Shown piece after piece: positions 14,015 through 25,510 of a stretch of 64,000 nucleotides of DNA (position 1 is the stretch's first letter; the number at the start of each line of letters is the position of its first letter). The notes below the pieces were generated by a model. The model was not told the origin of the DNA. It did no database searches and was given only the letters and a program-made list of their open reading frames with translations. The position numbers and the translations under genes are program-made. The stretch spans positions 62,001 to 126,000 of the forward strand of contig NW_026782600.1 of the NCBI RefSeq assembly GCF_031769215.1. The letters run 5' to 3'. Source of the stretch: Ylistrum balloti (Eukaryota).

Positions 14015-14497
14015 TTCTTGTGATGTCTCCAAATCCGATTATGCAGGTCCCGCATCTTGTCAAAACCTCCACTCTTCCCCTTTGTTGACACTTTCCTCTC
14101 AAAGAATGACTTTAATATCTGGATCTTGGAAATGGGAACAAACTTTTTTGTTGCTGGTGGGATGTCTGGTTTCTTCTCCAGCTGGTCTGTATTATTACTT
14201 GACTGACAGCTATCCGTGATGGTACCAAGGGAGGGAAGGAACTTCCGTAGACCGACCTTTGGACTGACACTACATGATCGATCTGGTGGAAGGAGTCCCA
14301 AAGTGTCGGACTGGTTACGCCTGTTTTTCAGGTGACCAGCTTTGCGGTCCAGGGTCATACTTGTTGTCAGGCTCTTTACAAAGTAGTTGGCACGAGGATC
14401 TGCACTAACGATAGGAGGACTCGCAGGGATCTCCAAAGTAGGGCTTAGAAATGCACCCAAAGGAGTTGTCCTGGTTTTTTTGGCCTCAAGCTGCAAT
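14015..14497 (-). CDS. SNRK: Candidate SNRK 483-nt cassette (or alternative terminal) exon B
   Basis: The 161-codon ORF (track 14011-14496) opens exactly at an acceptor (pyrimidine tract tgctctttctgtttctgAAG; in-frame TGA just upstream) and closes exactly at an AA|GTAATT donor (14014). Length divisible by 3, phase 2-2 like the flanking exons, coding-like composition. Confidence 0.72.
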
Positions 14498-15869
14498 CTT
14501 CAGAAACAGAAAGAGCAAGTAGAAGCAACAGCAAGCTAGAAGCATCTGATATAGAGAAGTGTCTTCTTTGTTATGTGAAAGACATGTTACCTACCAAATG
14601 ATTTTTTAGCTAGTCAAGATAAATGAATCGAATAGGTCTCATCTGAGTCAAATATGTCCAGAGGAAAAGAAAAAACTTGCTTTCATACCAGTTACGTCTG
14701 TCTATTAAAGTTTTTCACTCTCTATAATATTTGTATTGTTTAAATGAATGCCTGGTTAGCAGGCAACAACTATCATCCTGATATGTACTCCATTTACTAA
14801 GGGGGCATTTGTTCTAAAGGTAGAGATAATATCAGAAAAAAGTGTAAGACTACCATTCCCTTCATTCCAGTCCAAGCCAACAAGAACTATTAGCAAGGAT
14901 TTAACATTATGATCATATATGAAGATTTAGTCAACATAAAGTTGATACCATTCTGTCCTTTTGATCTGTTTTCAAACCTAGAATAGAGAAATCAATGACT
15001 AAAACAACTTTGTGGCCAGTAAAAGTAACAGAAGCATTGCTCTAGTTGAAAACATTTTGTCTTCTGCAATAGGAATTCCTTACAACCTTTACAATGTCAT
15101 ATTTATTTTATACCTTAGTCAGAGAGACCAGAGACCTATATAGGATGTCATTTTTGTATTTGAATTTTTAAATATCAGATAATCAAGTGTTTGCTAAATA
15201 TAGCTGTTAACATAATCAAATAAATTTAAATGCAAAATTCAAACTGAAGTTCTCATCTTTAAGCCAAAAAAGGATGCACATGACCAATGTATGGCATAAA
15301 ACACATTCATTTCAGGAATGATTTGCAGTTGGAATGTGCCTGGAAGGAAAACTTCTATAACTTCACATCACATCAATGAAGTGTTTACTTGCATGAGGAC
15401 TTGGTAGCTGTAGGCTACTATTTGTTGAGGCTCGTGGCATGAACAACTTCACAGCACATCATAACAAAATAATTTTAAGCATGTCTAACATTAAAGTACA
15501 TACCACAGTCATGATACCAATACTGATAAATACAAGAAAATGAAACATTGTCACATGGATTGAACTCAAATGGCTCTGAATTTTAATATGACCAAGGAGA
15601 AAAAGAAAAAAAAATTAAAAACAAATAAATAATGTTCTCTAAAGTTAACATTATATTTTGTATAAAAAGTCTCCAAAACACAAAGACCTCAAACAGCTAG
15701 CCACAAAATCCATCACCTAAAGGCAAATGTGATGCTACAGAAGATGGCAGGGAAAGGAAAGCCCAGGAGGAAGGGAGGTAATCAAGTGCTACACCAGGAT
15801 GCAAGTCTCTCTACATCCCATATGACAGCCTATTCAACAGGCATGATTTCATGAAAAAGCGAAACGTAC

Positions 15870-15917
15870 ATGAATGGTTCTTTACCAGTAGATAAGTGTT
15901 CCTCAAGTTCCTGGAGT
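15870..15917 (-). CDS. SNRK: Candidate SNRK 48-nt cassette exon A
   Basis: Acceptor atttcAG at 15919-15918, donor AT|GTACGT at 15869. 48 nt, phase 2-2, stop-free, encodes (R)LQELEEHLSTGKEPF(I). No homology evidence. Confidence 0.5.
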
Positions 15918-16891
15918 CTGAAATTACCAGTTATGATTTCATATTATATCAATGTGCTTTTCACAGCAGTTCATTTTTAGTTATACTGGTACTAACCAGA
16001 TATACTTAATATACTGAGCTAATTCAGAGTTGTGGTACTACTTCTTAATACCATGTACAAACAGACATTGTTCAGAAGTCTTTCCCATCTTCTTGATCTT
16101 CAAGTGAAGAGAAAATGTCTCCTGATGCCATTAGTAATATGCATAATAACTGATAACATCATCTAAATCCTTTAATTAAGGAAAGATTTGTGATAATCAC
16201 TTTCATATTTCATTTACTATGCACTGTTTCAAGCCAATAAAATGTTTGTGTCCAAACCTACAACTACTGTAAATTGAATAAAAGCATGATGTTGAAAGTG
16301 CAGTGAGATTTGTCAAAATTGTGCCCATCAGTTCTATTAGTTTGTGAATGCTTTTTTGTGTATAGACATACATACACTATACTACAGTTTTAATCAGTAT
16401 TGATTTCACCTTGCCAATGTGACTTTGTACTTGAATACCCTGGTCTGGGATCAGAATAAAAAGAAATTATCCGCCCATTTCCTTGATTAAATTTGAATAA
16501 TACTTACAGCACAGAGTTTCTTCAATTCAATTTCAAATGTCTATCATACTGAGGACGCTTTCATATTCTGTTCTATCATTGGAAAAAGTTTGTATATATT
16601 CTATGGGAAAAATTTACCAAGTAAAGCGACTGTAATAAGTCTTCCTGAACCCGATGTTCCTACAACACCTGCAGAAACCAATGATGCATCAGCCTTACTA
16701 AAATTTTTACAGAGTAAAAACTCAGGCATTCTTCAACAGTTTCAAACATGGCACTTCCAATTCAGCTAGTTAGCCATTCAAATATATATAGTATAAATAT
16801 GAAATGACGACACCAAAGCTAACACTTTCCAAGCCCTTGCCCTTGGGCAACATGGTATATGCTTTTCTGTAGAGGGGTGGGGGCTACATAC

Positions 16892-17068
16892 CTAGGGGAT
16901 AGTGCTAGTGGCTCCAGGTATGGCCTGCTGTGACTGTGAGAGGCTGGTGCTGAGTGCTTCCGTATTACCGTAGTGTTGTGTTGCTCTTGGTGTTGTCGCT
17001 TCAGTTTACGCTCTGCCAGTAGGTAAAACGTAGCTGCTATATGGTCATACATGTCTTTTTCTAATGAT
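16892..17068 (-). CDS. SNRK: SNRK coding exon 4 (177 nt; end of UBA region and linker)
   Basis: Acceptor gtttcAG at 17070-17069, donor AG|GTATGT at 16891. Encodes SLEKDMYDHIAATFYLLAERKLKRQ...LALSP(R); the YxHIxATxxLLAER UBA motif is typical of AMPK-related kinases. Phase 2-2. Confidence 0.94.
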
Positions 17069-17796
17069 CTGAAACATAACCAGTTTACTTGCTATGTAGA
17101 ATTTAAATGGAACATATAGTTTTCAAGAAGACCAGAAACAATGACAGGTCAGCAAGGGCCCCATTGTGTGGCTACATATCCCCCAATATCATTAATCATA
17201 GTGTTTGAACTTCAAAAATAATCGCTTTTATTTTCTTCCTTCACCTACCCATATGGGAAAGGCTAGTGGAAATACTGATGGCTTTGACCTTTGGTGAAGT
17301 CACTCCTTGTTTCATTCCTTGTCAACAAAAAGTAAAAAGATACAAAATTTGACCTTAATATTTGAATCTATTTCTTTACCTTGACCTTTGGTCAGGTGAC
17401 ATGTCGCTTAATTCTTTGATTCTGACCAACTTTGCTTCACAATTTCTTAAGAAAATTTTCACGCATGAAAAGGTACAAAATTTGACCTTGGCCTTTGACC
17501 TACTGACCTTAACCTTTGACTGTGCTTTTCTTTACCTCATTGTATATTTTTGTGAAGTGAATATCTTGAACACATTAATGTATATCCATCAATAAATACA
17601 TCAGCTATCAGCCAGAAACAGAGTTCCTGGACAAATGTTCTTTCAAACACATATATTTGCAAGGGTTTGTATTTGAGAAAATAACAAAACATTTCTTGTT
17701 TGTTTCTATGTAAATCAAATTTTTGTGAAAGACACCATGTCAGAGATGTGAAGATGTTATGTTTTATGTGATATTTGACTTTTGACTATAACCTAC

Positions 17797-18003
17797 TGTA
17801 ATATTTCCTCTTTTGTTGCGATGTTGCCCTCCACCATTTTATTGACGAGGTAGTTGTGGTCTTCCTCACACAGATGCTCTCGAGAGATAAGTGGCATCAT
17901 CCGCACTGATGTGGAATCGTCGGACTTGAGCCAGGCATGGTTTACTATGTCGTCCAGCGACATACGATCAGCCGGGTCCTTCTGTAGCATCTTGGTGATG
18001 AGA
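17797..18003 (-). CDS. SNRK: SNRK coding exon 3 (207 nt; subdomain XI and start of UBA region)
   Basis: Acceptor atttcAG at 18005-18004, donor CA|GTAGGT at 17796. Encodes LITKMLQKDPADRMSLDDIVNHAWL...EEDHNYLVNKMVEGNIATKEEIL(Q); phase 2-2. Confidence 0.95.
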
Positions 18004-18384
18004 CTGAAATATACAAGTATGCAAACAGATTAGCACATGTACAGCTTATCTTTTAATACAACTAATGTACATGTGGTATTTTGACAAAGCTGTGAACAAC
18101 TTAAGCACTGAATTTGAAATGCACAGTGAAGCAAAATTAAGCAAGTAAAAGGCTAACACAACCTTTCAAACATTTTTGAAGTTAATGACTGTGAATGATA
18201 AACTCACTTTTGAAAATACACTTCTGTAATGGTCTTGTTAAGACACATCATTTCTTGTTAAGACATATCATTTCTGTAATGGTATTGTTAAGAGAGAAAG
18301 GGGAAGTAACTCTTAGGGCAGAATAAGTTGTAATTATTTCACACAGGAATTATTCCAAGTCAAAAAAGGTCAAAAGTATAACTT

Positions 18385-18626
18385 ATATAAACTTTATTTA
18401 TTTTACAACAATTGCGAAACAAGTTATGTCAACTTATACTAATCACTCTTGTTGGCCTGGATGTAAGCGCACGAGGGGTCTTATTGTGGGAGGAAACCGG
18501 AGTACCCGGGGAAAACCCATGTGATCGGGCAGGTGACCCCTTACCTTTTCACATCCGTTCCGGGAATCGAACCCCGGTCGGCTAGGTGAAAGGCGAGTGT
18601 GTTACCACTGCGCCAGCCGACCACCC
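18385..18626 (-). mobile_element. Full-length tRNA-derived V-domain SINE (BivaV-like) with 12-bp TSD
   Basis: Head GGGTGGTCGGCTGGCGCAGTGG (A box)...GGTTCGATTCC (B box); V-domain ATGGGTTTTCCCCGGGTACTCCGGTTTCCTCCCAC; A/T-rich tail; TSD aaagtataactt at 18373-18384 and 18627-18638. Confidence 0.92.
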
Positions 18627-20884
18627 AAAGTATAACTTGATCTACTTTAGATTGTCACTTACTTAGCTACATAAAATAGTGTATTCAATTTCTATCTATT
18701 AAGGTTTTAAGCCTGAGGTACATCATACATTTATTTTATACTGATAAGTAAACTAACATGAACACTTTTTTAACATGCTTTTATTTCAGAACATAGACAG
18801 CAAAATACAATGATCCTCAAAATCTTTTCTGGGTAAAGAACAGGACTATTCATGTAACTTTATTTGAAGACATGGTAATTAGCAGACAACTGATTTGGTA
18901 TAAAGACTAAATAAGAATATGAAGCATGGTCCTGAGCTTGACCATTAAAGTTTCAGACAAAATCTACCCAAGCATACTCAACTTGACCCAAAAGGCCCTT
19001 ACGATAGTACTACTGAAGCATTCAGTGTACAGAACTGATCGAGAGGAAATTATATGTCAAGAAGAAATTGTGTGGAATGATAAATACAAATCTTGATACT
19101 TTGTTTTATCATCACCAGAAGTGAGAGCTCCCTCTTTTTCATTTGGACAGGGTAAGATCTGTGTGCAATAGTTCACATGAAAACAGGACATCCTTAACAC
19201 ATAACACCAGAGATCAATATATAGATTGGCCCAAATACCCACTTCAATCATTCAATCTTGCATGTCCTGATTGAATTGGCTGACAGGACTTCCTGATTTG
19301 ATGTAAATCAATACTGTTCACAGTACATAATATAAATGAAATTGGAATCCTTAGTAATTTTCAAGAAGTACCGACTTCAAACAATTTTTCGGTATTGAAA
19401 CAAAAAAAGTAAATACTGGTACATTTAATGTAGTAAACATTTCAAAATTTTTCATCAGATATGGTCTTGTTCCAAAATCTAAATTGTCATGGTTTAATTA
19501 TTCTACAAAAATGGCTGTATTATAGAATCTATTACTTGAATTTAAGCATAAGTAGTTTATGTACAAACATGCCTGTCAATAACAAGCATCCCACTCAGTA
19601 CTGCCTGTCTCCTTAATCAGAACTTACTTAAGCATTGAGCTATTTTATCATGGTATTTATGAGCATTACATCATCATAATTGACAGGAGCTAACTATGAT
19701 ACTATGTTTATAACATCCATAAACACCATAACAAGACAATTCAATGGTAATATGTATTCATGTTGCTGTCGTATGCCAACTCGTTTTGAGCTACGATAAT
19801 TTATGAATTGTGGACAGTGTAAACCCCTAAACAGCCTTTTTGCTGGTATTCAACCAAGACCATTCTATACCAATAAAAATGTCCATGATCACAGACTGGT
19901 TGTACACCACAAATGACACACACATTTATTCTGGTAAGTTTATATATTGTTCAGTTAAAGTATGAACTACATATTGACACAGTCACATCAAGACAGTCAA
20001 AGACCATCCTTAAAATCAGATAAGATATAAGATATGTATGAAATCAAGGTCACCAGTATAAAAGTATTCTAAATCATTCACATATATTGTGCACAATTCA
20101 TTTGTTCCCAGCAACAGCAAACCCTTCTAATGAACACAGTATATTTGGTTATTTGTGATGACACTATAGTTCTTTCCCAATACATTGACATGACAGCCAA
20201 TATTAAATCTGTACAATAATGAGACATGAGTGTATTACATGTCATTTTATATCCAGATTGCTAAATTTTTATTTGTGTGATGCTAAACACAGCTATGAAG
20301 CTAAGCTATATCCTTTCTGATATAAAACTTCTACTAAATGAACAGATCAGCTGTGAGTTACTAATTAGACAGACATGTGCTAGGAACAGAGATTTAAAAC
20401 AAGGCTTGGAATCAGTTGGAGTTGATCCATGCAAGAGCTGGACATGTGCATTAGGGACGGAGATATAAGACAAGGCAAGTAGTCACATTGGATCAGTACA
20501 AGAGCTGGGCATATGAGCCAGGGAGAGAAAGATTTAGGACAAGGCACATGTGGAGTCAGTCCCTCAAGTCATCAGACAACAGATTTGCATAACATAACAA
20601 ATGTATTGGCCAGGAACCTAGTTTAAACTTTATAAGCTTATAGGTTGTAAGATGTATTTTTCAACTGATTAGCAGTCCAAACATATCATTAACTCTCTTT
20701 AAGCAAATTTTTAATCCTATCTACATAGCTTTATAATATAGGGTTAGATGTTTTTGCAAACAGCTAGAGATACATGCAGCGTGTGCCTACAGGAACACAC
20801 TAATAAAAGATAAAAAGATCAAGAGAATAACAGAAAAGATACCAAGTGTCACAAACAGAGGGTTATGAAGCAGATCAATTCTGA

Positions 20885-21740
20885 TTGATTAATTATCAAT
20901 TATGGTTCAATCATGACTAGTCATATCAATTCAGATTTAATCATGATTAGTCAGATCAATTATGGTTCAATCATGATTAGTCAGATCAATTATGGTTCAA
21001 TCATGATTAGTCAGATCAATTATGGTTCAATCATGATCAGTCAGATCAATTATGGTTCAATCATGATCAGTCAGGTAAATCATGGTTCAATCATGATCAG
21101 TCAGATCAAGTATGGTTTAATCATGATCAGTCAGATCAAGTATGGTTCAATCATGATCAGTCAGGTAAATCATGGTTCAATCATGATTAGTCAGATCAAG
21201 TATGGTTTAATCATGATTAGTCAGATCAGTCAGGTAAATCATGGTTCAATCATGATCAGTCAGATCAAGTATGGTTTAATCATGATTAGTCAGATCAGTC
21301 AGGTAAATCATGGTTCAATCATGATCAGTCAGATCAAGTATGGTTTAATCATGATTAGTCAGATCAGTCAGGTAAATCATGGTTCAATCATGATCAGTCA
21401 GATCAAGTATGGTTTAATCATGATTAGTCAGATCAGTCAGGTAAATCATGGTTCAATCATGATCAGTCAGGTAAATCATGGTTCAATCATGATCAGTCAG
21501 ATCAAGTATGGTTTAATCATGATCAGTCAGATCAAGTATGGTTCAATCATGATCAGTCAGGTAAATCATGGTTCAATCATGATTAGTCAGATCAAGTATG
21601 GTTTAATCATGATTAGTCAGATCAGTCAGGTAAATTATGGTTCAATCATGATCAGTCAGGTAAATCATGGTTCAATCATGATCAGTCAGATAAATTATGA
21701 TTTGATCACAATCAATCAGATCAATTCTGGTTTAGTTATA
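20885..21740. repeat. 30-bp minisatellite with 39-bp variants (about 27 units)
   Basis: Unit atcatgat(t/c)agtcagatcaattatggttca with variants; four consecutive 69-bp higher-order units; gives the 286-aa plus-strand ORF 20913-21773. Confidence 0.95.
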
Positions 21741-24119
21741 AGCATTCAGACCAGTCTTGATGTAGACTCATGACCAGTGGTCCTCGTTCTCTTAAGACAG
21801 AGAAGGCCAACCCTAACAAGTAAAATTTCAAGTAGATCATCTTTTCTGTATAATACTATACTTGTATCATGATACAGAGTGGTTAAAACTATATTAACAT
21901 CAACTGTCTTAGAATATCTCTAAGTTCTTACGTACAGAAAATCTAAACACACAAAATCTGTTGATATAAAACATTTCAGTACCTGTTTGTATTAACTTCA
22001 AGGCCATTTTCTGCAGCACCTATCAATGAATTCTACGCCAAACGGTCAATGACAGCTAGAGAGCATCAGAGTTAAATGCTAAGATGTCTACTTCTATCTT
22101 TTTGCTATCATATGTAATCCTGAACTATATACATATATATAGAGATATTGTGTACATTGTAAAGGTATATTTGTCCATGTGCTTACTGGAAGATTAAACC
22201 CGACCACAGCTGCTGTATATATCAACATCAACATCTCGGCAACCAAGATCACTTGTAACTTCCATTGTTACCAATGACTTTCAATAATTGCCTGAAAGCA
22301 TCATAGTCAGAAAGTCTCAACATTTTATATCTTATATATATCAGAAACAAGGTAAATATACATATTTTTGGCAGACATTCAGATATCTGTACTTGTTCTG
22401 TTTCTCAAAAACCAGGGGTTGTCCTTTTAATTGAAGTCATATGAAAGTCATACGGAAGTCATACGGAAGTCACTACAGGAGACGGAAGCTAAAACTATTA
22501 CATGACAGTCACACGTGTAGAAGGATCCCAGTCTCTAGGGGTTAATATGAAACATAAATTCAGTGGATATCTCATAACTATCTGGTCCTCAGTCCTATTG
22601 TCAAGAAAGTCAGAGGGACAGACATTTTTCTCTTTCTCTTTCACAAACTGTTGCTAAATTAGGCAGTTAAAAAAAGATACAGAGAAAAGAAGTGTTGCTG
22701 TGAATATTTGAGACTTAAACCTACACACAGACTTTATCAACATACCGCCTATGAGAATCCAAAATAAAACTTTCTACAAAATACCAGTTTATATAACAGT
22801 CACAAATCTTGTAATCAGGTAGTTACAACAAAGTCCTGTATCATAATCCTAATCCCAGATATTAATGGAGCTAGTTTCAATACATGAATTTGACTATAAG
22901 TCAATTTTGAGAGCAGGATTATGATTGTATTGAAATAGTATCTAAAATCAGTAATCACTCTGATGTATTTGTCTATTGAACAGGTTTTACATCCACTATC
23001 ATGGCCTTTCCGGCTTTCAGCAGACAAACTTTGAGAAAAAGTAGCAAATTGAGTAGAAGGAGCCTGTCTATACTACCTGTTCTTAAACTATGATTTTAAA
23101 AACCACCTCATGAGGACTGAGAGTGAAAGTTATTACATAGCAAGGGAGTCATTTTTCATAACTGGTAGTACTTAAAATTTCGTCATTCTGAGCCATATAA
23201 TTTGAACATTTACAGAGATTACAAATCATTGTCATACCAATTAAAGATTCAAGAACAAATAAAAACCTAAAGGGAATTTAAATACACATTACCCCAGATC
23301 TGTTTGTGAGAACTCATCACATTTACGATAATCTTATTAAGAACATTTTTTTCCAATTTCAACATATAGCCACTTTACTAAGCACAATTTTCAGACAAGA
23401 AAGATATCTGGTGTACAGTTTTGTGGGGTGGGGTGGGGGGAGGAGGGGAGAAAAAGCAGCGATTATTCATATCTTTTACACAGTAGCCTTTAACTTAAGG
23501 AGAATAATACATACAAGTTCCACAGGAACAGCCTGATTAGTATGATAAATCTCCTATAACAACGTACAAATGCCTAACAATTGTTCCACTGAAGAACTTA
23601 AGAAAACTTATTTAAATACAAGAACAAAAGAAACTTTATGTACATACAACATAAGTGCTTTGACCACTCAGATATTACACTCTAAGCATTTCATTGTTAG
23701 GTCCACATTGAATTAATACTAGACAATTTTAATCTGTATTCAACAATACACATATTAAAAGCCCACAGCCCACAGGTATCACTGAAATCTAAAGAATAAC
23801 ACAGCATCCACATAATACCTGCTGAGCTAATTAACTATGTCTAATTTGTTGCAGCCAAACATTCAGTTCTGATGTATCATGGCCTTTAACAGTGAAGAGC
23901 GACCAACAATGTTAGAAATGTCATGACATTTCATTATTGACAACCTCCAAGTTTGTGCCATCCACCTTCAAGACTCTTAATGTTGCAACTAGAAAATTAG
24001 ATCTCTAGATTTAGATTGTCTTAATGTCAGCATTGTCTTAATGTCATGTTCTCCACAATAAAAGTATGGGGATACAGAAACAGCTAACATCACAGTATCA
24101 AAATTGAGACTGCTGACAA

Positions 24120-25510
24120 TGTGTGGATACGAAACTTCTAGATATATGGACATCATCACTGAGGCTCCTAATGAGAGTGTGTGGGTATAAATTTCTAGAT
24201 ATATGGACATAATCACTGAGGCTCCTAATGAGAGTGTGTGGATACGAAACTTCTAGACATATGGACATCATCACTGAGGCTCCTAATGAGAGTGTGTGGA
24301 TACGAAACTTCTAGATATATGGACATCATCACTGAGGCTCCTATTGAGAGTGTGTGTGTACGAAACTTCTAGATATATGGACATCATCACTGAGGCTCCT
24401 AATGAGAGTGTGTGGGTATAAATTTCTACATATATGGACATCATCACTCAGGCTCCTAATGAGAGTGTGTAGGTACGAAACTTCTAGATATATGGACATC
24501 ATTACTGAGGCTCCTAATGAGAGTGTGTGGGTATAAATTTCTAGATATATGGACATCATCACTGAGGCTCCTAATGAGAGTGTGTAGGTACGAAACTTCT
24601 AGATATATGGACATCATCACTCAGGCTCCTAATGAGAGTGTGTAGGTACGAAACTTCTAGATATATGGACATCATTACTGAGGCTCCTAATGAGAGTGTG
24701 TGGGTATAAATTTCAAAATATATGGACATCATCACTGAGGCTCCTAATGAGAGTGTGTGCGTATAAATTTCTAGATATATGGACATCATCACTCAGGCTC
24801 CTAATGAGAGTGTGTAGGTACGAAACTTCTAGATATATGGACATCATTCCTGAGGCTCCTAATGAGAGTGTGTGAGTACGAAACTTCTAGATATATTGAT
24901 ATTGTCACTGAGGCTCCTAATGAGAGTGTGTGGGTATAAATTTCTACATATATAGACATCATCACTTAGGCTCCTAATGAGAGTGTGTGTATAAATTTCT
25001 AGATATATGGACATCATCACTGAGGCTCCTATTGAGAGTGTGTGTGTACAAAACTTCTAGATATATGGACATCATCACTGAGGCTCCCAATGAGAGTGTG
25101 TGGGTATAAATTTCTAGATATATGGACATCATCACTGAGGCTCCTAATGAGAGTGTGTAGGTACGAAACTTCTAGATATATGGACATCATTACTGAGGCT
25201 CCTAATGAGAGTGTGTGGGTATAGATTTCTAGATATATGGACATCATCACTGAGGCTCCTAATGAGAGTGTGTAGGTACGAAACTTCTAGATATATGGAC
25301 ATCATCACTCAGGCTCCTAATGAGAGTGTGTAGGTACGAAACTTCTAGATATATGGACATCATTACTGAGGCTCCTAATCAGTGTGTGAGTACAGAGGCT
25401 CTAGAGGTGCACACAGAATCATCGAGACTGCTGGCAGGTGTTTGTGGGTATGGTGGTTCTTAGATACAGACATTATCACTGAAGCTCCTGATAGGTATGT
25501 GTGGGTATAG
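24120..25510. repeat. 57-bp minisatellite (about 22 good copies plus 2 degenerate copies)
   Basis: Unit gtgtgtgggtataaatttctagatatatggacatcatcactgaggctcctaatgaga; period measured 24138 to 24195; two interspersed subtypes (gtacgaaac versus gtataaat). Confidence 0.95.

Noticed and set aside
14465-14484. 16/20 nt similarity between the start of exon B and the start of the last exon (8371-8390)
   Set aside because: Short, A-rich and read in different frames, with no similarity beyond it; insufficient for exon duplication.
18550-18626. tRNA-like sequence with A and B boxes
   Set aside because: It is the head of the V-SINE (followed by V-domain, tail and TSD), not a tRNA gene.
24120-25390. Regular repeat arrays (also 43711-44369 and 49828-52660) superficially like CRISPR
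   Set aside because: Units are head-to-tail with no unique spacers, there are no cas genes, and the context is a eukaryotic gene.
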